The notes under the pieces are model-generated. The model saw nothing but the letters and a program-made list of their open reading frames with translations, made no database searches and was not told where the DNA came from. The position numbers and the translations under genes were made by a program. From the NCBI GenBank assembly GCA_964016885.1, contig OZ024740.1, positions 96,286,001-96,350,000 of the forward strand: DNA of 64,000 nucleotides. Direction: 5' to 3'. The stretch is from Eledone cirrhosa. Taxonomy: Eukaryota. Below, piece after piece: positions 27,893-41,289 of this stretch. Positions within the stretch are counted from its first letter, which is position 1. Each line of letters begins with the position of its first letter.

Positions 27893-29693
27893 CACACGGC
27901 GATAGCCGGACGGGCCATCTAGTCAATAATATTATAAAGCTGAGTGTCGTGTGTATGTATTATGTATGTATCCTACACACCTCCCTATAGTTTATTAGCT
28001 TTACTCTCTTCTTGGCTCTTCCCTCTCTCTATAATAGATCATTCCCCCTCTATAATTTAACTGCTTTACTCTCTCTGTCGCTCTTCACTCTCTATATGAC
28101 AACACTGTTTTTGTTTCCGTAAATCCCTTCAATCATCTGTCGTCGCTCGCATGAGTAACACACACACATACACACACATACACATACTTTCACACCTGAT
28201 TTCGCTAAATGCCAGATAACGTCAAAACAGAACACACAGACACACATGCACATACACACATATACAAACACATACACAAACACACGCACATATCTATACT
28301 TATAAAGCTGACGATCGTCATATGTCCTCATCTGTTGAAGGCGAGGTTCATCTTGAATGGCGGTTGCATGAGTCCTCATCTGCTGAAGGCAAGACTGGCG
28401 CTGCTCTTGACACTTGACTACTCGACTGACTCTTGCATGAGTCCTCATATGCTGAAGGCGAGACTAGCGCTGCTCTTGAGACTCGACTACTCGACTGGCT
28501 CTTGCATGAGTACTCATCTGCAGAAGGCGAGACTAGCGCTGCTCTTGAGACTTGACTACTCGACTGGCTCTTGCATGAGTACTCATCTGCAGAAGGCGAG
28601 ACTAGCGCTGCTCTTGAGACTTGACTACGCGACTGACTCTTGCATGAGTCCTCATCTGCTGAAGGCGAGTCTAGCGCTGCTCTTGAGACTCGACTACTCG
28701 ACTGGCTCGTGCATGAGTACTCATCTGCAGAAGGCGAGACTAGTGCTGCTCTTGCGACTCGACTACTCGACTGGCTCTTGCATGAGTACTCATCTGCAGA
28801 AGGCGAGACTAGCGCTGCTCTTGAGACTCGACTACATGATTGGCTCTTGCATGAGTCCTCATCTGCTGAAGGCAGGACTGGCGCTGCTCTTGAGACTCGA
28901 CTACATGACTGGCTCTTGCATGAGTCCTCATCTGCTGAAGGCAGGACTGGCGCTGCTCTTGAGACTCGACTACTCGACTGACTCCTGCATCAGTCCTCAC
29001 TTGCTGAAGGCGACTTTCCTGATCGTCCTTAGGCTGTGCTGATGTAGTATAACTTTTTCTTCTGGTTTTGGCAAAAAATCTCTGAGATACATACATTATT
29101 GTTGACCGATTTTGAAGGAGTTATTCTTTTGAAAAAACACATACATACGACGCTCCAGAAAGAAAAATAGTGTTGTCATAGTAACCGAATTTGAAGGAGT
29201 TAAATTATAGAGAGGGTAAAAGAGGGCGAAAGAGAGAGAGAAGACGCTCAGCTGTTTAATATTAGAGAATGTAGAGCGACAGTGAGAGTAAATCAGTTAA
29301 ATTACAGAGAGGGAGAATGATCTATTATACGCAGAGGGAAGAGCGGCGGAGAGAGTAAAGCTAATAAACTATTGGGAGGTGTGTATATATTGAAGGTAGA
29401 TAGGGAAAGTAAAATAGTGTTGTCATATAGAGAGGGAAGAGAGACAGTGTGTAAAGCAGTTAAATTATAGGGAGAGTGAAATAGGGAGAGAGAGAGACGA
29501 CGCTCAGCTTTATAATATTTGAGAGTGAAAAGCGTCAGAGAGAGTATAGCAGTTACATTGTAGATAGGGGGGATTATCTATTATAGAGAGAGGGAAGCGC
29601 GACATAGAGAGTAAAGCTAAGAAACTATAGGCGGGTGTGTAGGATACATACATAATACATACAAACGACACTCAGCTTTGTAATATTATAGAT
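27893..29693. mobile_element. Nested non-autonomous Helitron-like termini around a minisatellite
   Basis: 3'-type end CACGGCGATAGCCGGACGGGCCATCTAG|T (to ~27922). 5'-type starts TC..ATATTATAAAGCTGAG on plus at ~27923 and ~28293, and on minus at ~29692, ~29524 and ~29267. 27927-28092 and ~29521-29688 are inverted repeats. Confidence 0.6.
28325..29013. repeat. 69-bp minisatellite, 9 full units plus partial units at each end
   Basis: Unit starts at 28364, 28433, 28502, 28571, 28640, 28709, 28778, 28847, 28916 and 28985: exact 69-bp spacing with substitutions only. Confidence 0.95.
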
Positions 29694-32600
29694 ATATGCC
29701 TGTGCGTGACGCACAATTACCCCCAAACACCTACGCGCGCGCCTACACACAGAAATATATGTATACATGCAAATACATACATACACATATATCTATATAC
29801 ACAGATATATGTGTTTATTGTGTAAGTATACCAATTTGTTTAATGTTAAATTGAGGTTTGATGATAGACACTGATTATTTTTGGTGTCCATGTAACTCTC
29901 GAACTTGCAATAAGAAGAATAGTTGCATAGCCAGATTCCATACTCATGGGTTTATTCAGAGTAAAAGGACTGGATCTAATTAAGAAAATGTATGTCATCG
30001 TATCAATATCAATTTGATAGCCATGAAGTAGACAATTTCATGGGTCATGTGTAATGCTTGAATTATAACAGCGCGTATTAAGACAGGTGATTATTGATTC
30101 TCTTGAAGTAGAAGAATTTAAGAATTTAGACTTTAAATACTCATGAACATTGTTTACGTGCTTCTCCTTGAATTGTAGTCTGGAATTGGCGATATTTTGA
30201 TTTCCATTATATAGGATATATTTATAAATGTCATATTGAGAATATCTTAATGAATACAAAGTTATCTCTTATTTAGAGAAAGAAACAAACGTAGCATTTC
30301 AGGTAGAAGGAAGTGGGGTAATTTCAAGAAATTACGAACTCATTTCACGAACTATATAATTTACGATGAAAGGATATTTAGATTTTGTTAATAAACAAAT
30401 TGACAGCTCCTGCCATATTTTCTTTTATTCGGCATCAGTAGTAATCTATTGTGTTTACTCTTGTGCTGGGCGAGAGGATGTATATTTCCATAAATATTAG
30501 ATTAAAAAATGAGCAAAAGTATGCAAAAATATATTGGTGTCGTAGGAGCGTGGTTGAACTCCGAAAATCATCAGAACAGAATATATTAGAAACAACTCTA
30601 TTATCACCATAATATCTTAATATGGCAATGGATAGATGGATAACATTGCTTGCGTTGATAACCTAACCATAGAACCGTTATACTACCAACTAAACAAAAA
30701 TACATTTTTAAATTAAATTTATAAAGTTTTGAACGAATAAATCTTGTGAAGGACAGCGCTGGATCTTCTAACTTCAGGAAATGCCTCAAACAGTGATGGC
30801 GAATGAATATCAATGATGACCGTATCTGGTTTGCTTTTCAAAACAAATCTGCATGAACAATGGTGTTTTAAGGTTAATCCCCCCCAAAAAGAGCAAGCCT
30901 TAAGATATTAAACAAAGTTCCAATAGTATTATCCTAGAGCAGCATGGACAAAGTGTTAAGAATTTTACTTCCTAATCATAAGCTAGCATTGGATTGAAAC
31001 AACATTTGCAAGTGAATTTGTGTTGAAAGCCAATTGAATGACATCCACCTATTTTACAAAGAGACAGAGTTGTCACTTTCTGTGTCACGTTCATGTTTCT
31101 TGAGAATTGAGTGATGATTACGTGCTTGTGGCTAAAGTGCACCCACTTGCACAATAATCCTCTGATCATTCACTTCCGGACCTAGATTAACCTCACTTGC
31201 TCATGTATGAATCGGCGTGGCCGACTTCATATTGTTAGAAATAACAGCCGAAACCCTTTCAATCCATGTGATTGTATTTGTTCTATATATTGTGGTTTAA
31301 ATGTAGATTGTTTAACTTTTCGTTTGATGATATTATCTTCTATTTTTCACTGTGTGTCAAATGAACAAATAAAACCATTTATCTAAGACATGACTGTTAA
31401 GTTTGAAATGTTATCTGCGATCTCAAACGTTGTTGTCGTTAGAACGTTAAATGGCGATTATTTCTAGGTTTACGAGCATAGTCAACTGTCATTTCAATAC
31501 AGCTATGGATTTAATTAATGTTTCAGTTTCACCTCATTTGAATTAAATTTATTTTGATATTCTCTTTGGAGGACATAATAAATCTTAAAGTAAGTGATAA
31601 AGACAAACAAAACGGAATGTATGCATTAAGACATCGTAAATATGATATGCAGGATCAAATAGATTTCTCTGAATATATATAAATGACCAGGACCTCAAAG
31701 CAGATTTACTCATATTCTTTCTATAAAGGAGAAAGTGAAAATTGATATTTCTACATTTCAATAAAGAGGTAATAATATAGTTCTCATATTTTTTATATTA
31801 TATATATGTAATGAATTAATATATTTCGTATATTTTTAAATATATATGTAATGAATTAATAATTAAGAGTAGAATATAAAATAGTTTTAATTGAGTAGCA
31901 GTTGAATTAATAGTACGGCATTGCAAATATTAGTGAAATGCATTTATTCGATTGCATTGTTTCATTTCTTTGCATATACATTTTCATATTCTCATCAAGT
32001 TTGCAGTAACGTTCATGTGCATAAAACTTATTTAGTTAATTGAAGATGAATTCATCTCAAAGCGCAGACTATTTTGTAATCTTATAATTAGCACAATACT
32101 CGGTGATATGACAATACCTTGTAAAGAGAGAGTAATTGTGAGTATTTGAGAAGAAAAATAGATTTTGTATTTTATATTAAAAAACATGATAAATAGTTAA
32201 GTCACCATCACGCACACTGTGACGACGATTTATAAGTATATATATAAATCACATATATAGATCACATGCGTTTCAATTAATTTATAAACATATTAAATTT
32301 GAATAGACCTTTCATCTAACATATGTTTGAATTATGAGACATATCTCATATAATTAAATGCATTGTATCCTTAACAGATCCATCGAAGGTCAAAGTGCCA
32401 AATCTAAGAATTCTTGACAATTAGCTCTTTCAAACATATTAACAAACAATAAAAATAATATTGTGTTATTACAATAAATATTGAGCGAAGTATGAAAATA
32501 AAGCACAATTAAAGGCCATTCAAAATGTTTTGTTATTTTCTATACATCATTCTCAATTATTATAATATTAATATTATATTTAAGTTTAATATCACTATGA

Positions 32601-33771
32601 TCGACAAAAGAAAGGAAACACCAGCAATAAAATATTACTATTCAGTTGGTTCAAAGCCTATCAATAACGTTAATGCTTCATGTAGAAATTCCATATATCC
32701 TTCTTAGACGCTTGTTTTGATCGGTTAAAGGATCGTCAGAGAAACAAAAACACTTAACGTTCATAAGTAGTTACAGCTGATTGGTATATACACGAACAGT
32801 TGTTTAACTTTCGGATGATACAATCCACATATAATAGAACAATACATCCTATTGTATAGATTGAAATGCTACAATTTTTATTGAATACAACTTGGTATAT
32901 CCGATTGAAACTCTATGAATTCGGGGGCAATTTCTAGAGGCTATGATCAACCTATAATGAGTGTCGTTAAAATAAACAATGCAAGAACGGATTTTTGCAA
33001 GATAATGATATTGATGTAAACAAATGAAGTGGTGGTTGACGCACTCTTTATATCATGGCTGTGGCAACGAATTGTTTAAGCAATCGATTGAAATTTTGCT
33101 TTCTTTATGAGTGGTTAGAGACGACGAAACAAGGGAAATATAATTGAATCAAAATCGAAGGGACGAGTTGTACCTGAAATAAATGTTACTACGTTTGGCA
33201 CAAGAGTAATGATTAAACGGGAAGTGGAAATTAATTCAACGAACCTATTGTATCGAGCCTGTAAGGATAAAAATCAAAGTTAAACGCTTGAAAGTGTTCT
33301 GGTGGTATAAACAGAGAGCTCTTGGTTGAAATTTCAAAGCAGTCATTTACAAAATAAAAAATGCTTCAGCCAAACAAACAGCAACAATTACAGCCTGATT
33401 TAAATACTATATCATTTCATGAAAATATACCGTGTATTTGATGATATAGTATATTATGTACAATGTAGCCAAATGTTTATACCGATGACACTTGTGTTTA
33501 AAGCTTTACTCATCCAAAGCTAAACTGTGTTAACGCAACAACGACAAAAAATAGATACATATTTACAAGGTGATGGAACTGACAGCTTTTGAAATCATAC
33601 ACGTCGAAGTGTCCGCTAAGGAATTAAACGAAATACGATTAATTTAAATATAATAATTACACGTATCGTGACATATCATACGTATATCGCAGATTAGTTA
33701 ATTTATATTATAATTAATGAAACTTTGTCCATATTCCTTATCAGAATTTTTATCTCAACAACTCTCTCTTT

Positions 33772-33896
<125 letters not shown>

Positions 33897-34159
33897 TTTC
33901 ATTGTTTTAACTATAAATAAATATATATATATATATATACACACAAAAAGATATCATTACTTATACTTCTCGCCATCATAGCCATCTCTTCTACGGCTTT
34001 GATATAAATACCCCGCCGCCTTTTGTGGTATTATTTTCTTGGTTGTAAGAGGCTTAGCTCTGTTTCTTGACCGCTATGTCACGTGATTGACTCCCCCTCC
34101 GCCTTTCGGGATTCTATCTCGCGTCCTACTGATGTGTTTTGAAAATCTTAATGAGGAAA

Positions 34160-34777
34160 AAATAACGGAAAAAATGAAACGAAATTTCATTTCCCAATCT
34201 CAGTACGGCTGTTACTTAAATATAAGTATGTACACGTACATACATATATGTATACAGACGTACATATATATATATATGTACGTATGGATTCACCGAACAT
34301 TTATTATAATGGTCGGTGTGTTTGTAAACAAACATCCTGTATTAAGCCGTAATGTCTAGCAGCCATCGTTGCTCGTTTGTTCAACACTGACAAAGGAACG
34401 CTGTACTAGTTTCAAGCTTATTAGTTATCGTCAGCAACGTATACCTTCCTGCCAGATTGTTGAACGTATATACTTACCTTATGCATATTAACGGCTGAGT
34501 AGCCCAATTTGCATATCGAGTGGGTTAATCGGCCGGGTGCACCGAAAATGATAAACGGAAAAAATGAAACGAAATTTCATTTCCCACTCTTAGTACGGTT
34601 GTTACTTAAATATAAATATGTATACCACGTACATACATATATGTATACAGACGTACAGTAGTATGTATATATATATATACATACATGTACACATATATAT
34701 ATATGTAGATATGGATTCACAGAACATTTATTATAATGCTCGGTGTGTTTGTAAACAAACATCCCGTATTAAGCCGA
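34160..34777 (-). mobile_element. Family B hammerhead-bearing element (34160-34478) plus a tandem partial copy (34553-34777)
   Basis: Both copies start on plus with AACGGAAAAAATGAAACGAAATTTCATTTCCCA. Homologous in reverse to 37276-37616. Confidence 0.7.
34388..34455 (-). ncRNA. Type I minimal hammerhead ribozyme
   Basis: Minus strand: GGCAGGAAGGTATA-CGTTG-CTGACGA-TAACTAATAAGCTT-GAAA-CTAG-TA|CAGCG-TTCCTTTGTC. Stem I CGTTG/CAGCG, distal GGAA/TTCC, palindromic ACTAGT stem III, GUA cleavage triplet. Confidence 0.75.
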
Positions 34778-35469
34778 AGTATATATATGTATTGGCAAAT
34801 GTGTGAGATCCTTGATACAGTTAGGTATATTTGAAAAAAAAAGGAAAATAATGACTTAACTTGTAGTGCTAAATAATTTGATTTAATTTTATGATATTAT
34901 AATATTATGAGTTGGTAGATCTTAATGTTTTGAAATTAAATCAAATTATAGTGTCTGTTATATTAGCATTATGGCAACTCGTATATTGCGACGTAAATGT
35001 ATTGTTTTCTTTCATATACAAAGACAATTATTTCTGTTAAAATCATTTATTTTTTGTTGTTTTTTTGTAACATTTGATAATGTAGTTCTCATTAGTGAGT
35101 TCAGCAAAACACTGAATATAATAATTCTTGTAAACAGTATGATAATTGTGAAGATGAAATACGTAATATATTTATATAAAAGCGTTACACTATAACACTG
35201 TTAACTGAAATCTCCACGTATACAACCATCAAATTATTAATATAAAATATATTTAACATTCTAAATAAATGTCAAAAGTTAGCAAACCATTATGCCTTCG
35301 ATCTAATTTAAAGTTAGCGTCTCGTAGATAACGGTTTACTATTTCATCGTGTTCCGTTATGGTATTGCTGTTGTGATTCTCGGAGATACTTACACTTTGT
35401 GTACATTATAATGTCTCTCTAGATATATGAGTGATGTTAAATTGGGTCTTACGTTACATTATACGTCCT

Positions 35470-35711
35470 TATGTCTATAGTTTAGCATATAGATTCTTTC
35501 CTATGGATTACAATGAATTTTAAACGAAATATTTTCTATACCCTTATTTCATATACTCTCTTGAAATACAAGTATTATGATGTTATGTAAGTTACTTTAT
35601 TAGAGATACACGTGTTTCAAGAGAGAATATGAAATAAGGGTATAGAAAAGATTTCGTTTAAAATTCATTGTAATCCATAGGAAAGAATCTATATGCTAAA
35701 TTATAGACATA
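35470..35711. repeat. Foldback palindrome with ~105-bp arms and a 30-nt spacer
   Basis: 35470-35575 versus 35606-35711 as reverse complements. The minus strand of the right arm has GAAACACGTGTA (palindromic stem III-like), but I found no CTGANGA. Confidence 0.85.
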
Positions 35712-35766
35712 TAAATATATATAGGTGTGTGTGTGTGTGTGTGTGTGTGTATTTATGTATGTATAT

Positions 35767-35898
<132 letters not shown>

Positions 35899-35905
35899 GT
35901 ACATA

Positions 35906-36669
35906 TCTATTTCTAGGACAGGTAAGATTCCCGAGATCCATGGACGAATTATCTCCAGCGGGCTATGTCCCTCATTATCGCTACCATGTCCTGCGTCTCC
36001 AACTACCAATGCGTGTCATTAGGGCATCAACATACGTTAACCTTGGTATTCCTCTTCCAGTGTGTCCATGTAGGGGCTCGCCCAGGAGCTCTGAGTGCAA
36101 TGTTATCTCTGGATGTCTGTGAGCATGTCCAGGTGAACCTCAGTCTCCTCTGTGTCACATTTGAGCTGACGTTAGGGAGGCTCCCATACAGGTCTGAGTT
36201 TTTCATCCTCAGTGTCTACTGATTAGGCTTCGAGCCATCCTCACCATTCTCGTGTAACACCCATCCACCATCTGAGTGAGTTTCTTGGTAGGTGTCCAAG
36301 TCTCAGACCCGTACAGCAGCACACACTACAGCAATGAAAAGGCGGATTTTCAGGTCTTTACGAAGGTCCGACTTCCCCACCGATCTCAATCTGTGGCACG
36401 CCGCCCAGGCTTTGCTCTTCCTCTCAAACACCTTGTCTTCCGTATTCCCAATCTTTGCACGCAAATACAGGAAGTCCTCAACCAACTCTAGCGGCTTAAC
36501 GTCTACATATGTGATCCCCTCTGGTTTCTCAACATTCTGTACCAGATATTTTGTTTTAGTCTTATTCATTCTCAGCCCCACACTCATCGACACAATCTCA
36601 ACCTCCTACATCAAATCCTCTGCCTACTTCCCTGTATTTGTCACCTAGACCATGTCGTCGGCAAGTTCA

Positions 36670-36671
<2 letters not shown>
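35906..36671 (-). mobile_element. RTE-like LINE 3' fragment
   Basis: LADDMV, VGLRMNKTKTKY, LELVEDFLYL and KIRLFIA motifs. 3' end CATGGATCTCGGGAATCTTACCTGTCCTAGAAATAGA, next to (TA)n. Confidence 0.8.
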
Positions 36672-36727
<56 letters not shown>

Positions 36728-36751
36728 TTGTGTGTATATCTATTTATATGT

Positions 36752-37050
36752 ACAACTCAGAGCTCTGTGGGAGCCTCCCAAAAGTCAGCGCAAAAGTGAC
36801 ACAGAGGAGACTGAGGTTAGCTGGACACGCTCAGTGACATCCAGATTTGATATTGCACTCAGTGCACCTAGGCGAGCCCCTACATGGACACACTGGAGGG
36901 GAGGAGGACCAAGGTTAACGTAAGTTGATGCCCTAAGGACAGACACTGTTCTGTTGGAGACGCAGGACATGACAACGATTACGAGGGACAGAGACCGCTG
37001 GAGAGAACTGGTCCATGGATCTCGGGAAATTTACTCGCCCTAGAATAGAA
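36752..37050 (+). mobile_element. RTE-like LINE 3' fragment, same family, opposite orientation
   Basis: LPKVSAKVTQRRLRLAGH. Ends CATGGATCTCGGGAAATTTACTCGCCCTAGAATAGAA plus (TA)n. Inverted homologue of ~35906-36190. Confidence 0.8.
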
Positions 37051-37059
37051 TATATATAT

Positions 37060-37613
37060 ATATAAGTATGTGTATGTACATACATATATGCATACATACG
37101 TACAGTAGTATGTATATATATACATACATATATATATGTACGTATGGATTTACCGAACATTTATTATAATGCTCGGTTTGTTTGTAAACAAACATCCCGA
37201 ATTAAGCCGTACAGTGTCTAGCAACCATCGTTGCCCTTTTGTTCAACACTGTCAAAGGAACGTATATACTCTCAGACGTTCAAACATCTGTCAGGAAGGT
37301 ATACCGTGCTGACGATAGCTAATACGCTTGAAACTAGTACATCGTTCCATTGCCAGTGTTGAACAAAAGGGTAGCGAAGGATGCTAAACATTGTACGGCT
37401 TAATTCGGGATGTTTGTTTATAAACAAACCGAACATTATAATAAATGTTCGCTAAATCCATACGTACATATATATATGTGTGCATGTATGTATATATATA
37501 TACATACTACTGTACGTCTGTATACATATATGTATGTACATATACATACCTCTACTTAAGTAACAGCCGTACTAACATTGAGTGAGAAATGAAATTTCGT
37601 TTCATTTTTTTCC

Positions 37614-37616
<3 letters not shown>
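37060..37616. mobile_element. Family B foldback: left arm 37060-37270 lacks the ribozyme, right arm 37276-37616 has it and ends at (TA)n
   Basis: Arms are reverse complements (e.g. GAACATTTATTATAATG / CATTATAATAAATGTTC). The 3' end is TTTCGTTTCATTTTTTTCCATT plus (TA)n. Confidence 0.75.
37289..37355 (+). ncRNA. Type I minimal hammerhead ribozyme
   Basis: CCGTG-CTGACGA (37309-37315)-T-AGC-taatac-GCT-T-GAAA (37330-37333)-CTAG-TA|CATCG. Predicted cleavage after 37339. Confidence 0.72.
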
Positions 37617-37664
<48 letters not shown>

Positions 37665-37669
<5 letters not shown>

Positions 37670-37877
37670 ATATTTGGGGAGGGTCATATTTGCGTAATAT
37701 TGCCAGAATTAATAACAGAACACACTCACTGTTTGGTTGGTTTTCGCTTCTCGCTGTCTTTTATATATATATATCTGCGATCTAACTTACTCGGTCCTCA
37801 ATGTTGCCATTGACTGACCGGCGGTCAAAAATAATACAGATACAATATAGACAAACACATATATATATAGTTTGACA
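37665..37877 (-). mobile_element. Family A 3' segment, tail to tail with family B in the same (TA)n
   Basis: TTGTTATATTTGGGGAGGGTCATATTTG...; near-identical to the reverse complement of 480-684. Confidence 0.8.
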
Positions 37878-40114
37878 ATCAGAAATATATACAGCATTTA
37901 TCTAAGAATAGCATATATATATATATATAAACGTGTGACTGTGTGTCTCGCTGTACCTAAATGAATATATGATTGCCCAATATATCAAAGCCGGATAGTG
38001 GGCACAAGAGTGCTTTTCAATCATGCCTCCGAAATTATTCTAATCCATAACTTATTAATATTTAAAATCACTAGGCTACCTATCAAGTTGAATAGATATA
38101 TCAAGTCGTAAAAGGGACTGACTTCCTAAAGAAATATGAGCCGTTATAGCGAATTAAATGTATTTTTTGAAAACAGCTAATGATGTCCTATGATTGCTAT
38201 TCTTAGATAAATGCTGTATATATTTCTGATTGTCAGATGGCTATACAATTGTTGTATTGGTAAAAGTTTAATTTTGTCTGAAACATAATATTCCCTCCTG
38301 GCATTGACTTGAATCATTGTGCAAATGCAAAATTTGAATATATTGCCTTTTATTAATACTCTATACAATATAATTAATGTAATGCAAATTACACTTCACT
38401 CGTATATAATCACTAACTAGATATTTATGAAGCGCTGTACATACATTATATTTTCGTCTTCCTATCAGAATGACTGATAGTTAAAATATATTAACACCTT
38501 GCCTATTCTGAACATAACGAATTCATATTTGAAGAGCGATGTCTACAACTTTCTGGGAACTAGAGAGTATGCGCAGCATGGTTCGAGCACATCGATACCT
38601 ATGAAAGATAAACAATGAATAGGTGCTTTGTTTTTTTCTGTTCTAACTTGATTATGGTCATTTCCGACTGCACGCTTCTAAAATAAAAACGAATTATACT
38701 AGTCATAATCATTACGAGCTTCATTCAAACTTGAATATCTTGAAATAGAATACCTAATATCTTTAATGATTTACTTTAAAATGTTGTTTTATCTTGATTT
38801 ATATAATATTTAAGTGTAAATAATTTAAAGTAAATGTGATTTCCTTAGCTAATACCATGAACCCACTTGACATACAAACCTATCGATATGATATATATCC
38901 AAAGCAGTCGACGCCCAGATTTTTTTATTGTTAGAAAAGGCATTTAACATGATATTACATTAGCAAATTAATTCTACCCCAGCTGATGATGCATAATCAC
39001 ATGACATACGTGACATACGTGATAGCATAGGTATATGATGACTAAATACATTATATAAAATAAGTCCCCCGTATAATGTGATTGAGTGAACCTTGAGAGA
39101 TTTTAGAAATAGTGTATAAAACTCATAATTTAGTGAAATGCAGGATCACATCCATAATTTGTGAATTTACAAATATTATCTAGCCATGTAATACTGATTC
39201 TTTATATGACTCTTCAGGTGGATTCCTTATAATCAATTGGAATCAGGTTTAATAATCTTATAGTAATAAATCTTAAATTCCTGTCATTCTATCAAACAAT
39301 GAATTACTGGGATATTCTTTTGAGTGATATTGTTTACTAATGAGACACAGGATATACTACTTAATTGATAAAGCAAGGCACGTCTTGTTATGTCAAAGAC
39401 GGTGTGAATTGTCGAAGAGTAGAAGAGAGCCCAAGATGCTTTGCATTGTTTATGGGAGCTTAAATTGCTTGATAAAAGTTGCACCTGTTGGTTTTGCCTT
39501 TTATGCTACAGGAATCAATATTGGAAATTACCCTATGATATTGAGGTCGATTTAATTGGCCCTTTGTGCATTTATATGTGTAATGTATAAAAGTACGGTA
39601 TCAATTTCTTTGTGTTTAGCAGTTCAAATATAAGAACGGTTCATATAATCATTCCTCTGAAAATGCAAAGTTTTATTCTGTATATAAATGTACGTTACTT
39701 GAAAATATTATATTTATCTACTCTCTCATGTTCGTTCTTCGAATTTATTACAATATAAACATGAAGAGAAACTGAAATTCTGAATGACTCGTGAATGACT
39801 CCATATCTAAAGAGAGGGAATATGCAAGGAAACTAATAATATTACTTCTTATAATATATTAATAAAATCAAATGGCATTGCTTGAATGCAAATGGACAGT
39901 GAATATGCGTTAAGTAAAGAAAGGCAGATATTGTGCTTACGAAGTCAACTTCACAGCCACGTAGTGAGATCCATATTGTTCATTGATTCTTTGGCGATTG
40001 CAGGCTTCCGTACAATCAGCTTGAACAATAAATGTTGTGTTGCAATGTTACAAACAATGAGCCATGAACAAAACATTGAATTGTGCTGTCTATATGTATG
40101 TATTGCGTATGTAC

Positions 40115-40149
<35 letters not shown>

Positions 40150-40440
40150 GAGGGGTGTACGTGTGTGTGTATGTGTGTGTGTTTAAGTGTGTATGTGTGT
40201 ATGTGTGTATGTATATGTGTATGCATGTCAATTTTAATCCTACAAATTGTCTAAAACATCACATTCCTTAACAAATATATTTAGTGGGGTTGTTGCTTTA
40301 GTCACTGACGACCCGCCCATATCACAAGTTTTAATTGGCTACATGTTGACTGTTGCATAGAGGAGTGCAGTGGCATAAAACCTGGAGAAAGGGATGCAAA
40401 CCTCATGAGAGTCAACGGCCATCCAATACGGTCCACAGAT

Positions 40441-40886
40441 CGAGGTGAGCTGAAATGTTCATAGGCTGACTATGAAAGAGTTATTCTAGAGCTGTGAGGA
40501 CTTGTATGCGTTATTTTAAAAATTAGCTGCATTTTCTCCAGGTAAACTGATATTTGACGGTTGACAGAAGACTTCAAATATAACTAGCAGTAACCTATTT
40601 TGAAAATGAACAACCGTCGGCATGGTATTATGAGTACCTGCAGGTAAATGGACTGATGAAATTAGATGGGGAGGGACAATCTTGAATTTGACCCAATGTA
40701 TGCATGTCCTGCAACTGCTATCACATGGTGTCGGATGACAGAAGATTCCCTGTAATTCAAATAGCCAATGCTGTGAGGATATTCCATGAGAGAGTTGAGA
40801 ATATTCTGCACAATGACCTTGTTATAGCGAAGTGTTCTGCTCAGGTGAGTTGCCCCTTTTCTGAGACCCGATAAAATGCGCACCAT
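40441..40886 (+). mobile_element. Mariner transposon remnant (left TIR region plus HTH part of the transposase)
   Basis: TIR-like CGAGGTGAGCTGAAATGTTCATAGGCTGAC. Translated fragments GRDNLEFDP...PATAIT and MVSDDRRFPVIQIANAVRIFHERVENILHNDL...KCSA resemble the mariner DDRR..I...A...IS...V..IL...L..K.SARWVP region. Confidence 0.75.
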
Positions 40887-41289
40887 TGAAACAGTAAATA
40901 TTGCACGTAATTAAAAAGCCTATGCTTTATATCTTCGTAACACATGTACTAGGGTTGAAATTACCTAATATAATAATATGCTTAGACGTTCAATGATATA
41001 TTATAGAAGTGCTATTCTTGGGTGAGAGGAGGCTGTTAGATGTATGCTTCCTTACTTCTAAAACAGGAACTAATTGTGTTTCCATGAATATACACGGGAA
41101 ACAAACGACAATGTAAATAGTTATACAAAGGCTGAAAGCATACTGAATACAATACATGTCAAACAAGGTATAACTACGAAATGAAATTTATGTGAAATGG
41201 AAATATCATGTAAACCTTAATAGATTTGTGCATTGGGATTTGAAGGCATTGTCATGGGTAGTGTGTGATGCATTGGTTCGTCATGTCAT

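Noticed and set aside
28325-29013. CRISPR-like array or tandem hammerheads
   Set aside because: No unique spacers and no cas genes. The minus-strand CAGATGAG-GACTC...GAGTC lacks both CTGA and a following GAAA.
29700-33700. Possible host exons in unique AT-rich sequence (also 38-40 kb, 45-46.7 kb and 58.5-62 kb)
   Set aside because: No recognisable ORFs or domains. Small exons cannot be excluded without transcript data.
37665-37877. Solo LTR (TG...CA ends)
   Set aside because: No PBS, PPT or TSD, and homologues continue into a hammerhead or fold back. The TG...CA is probably coincidental.
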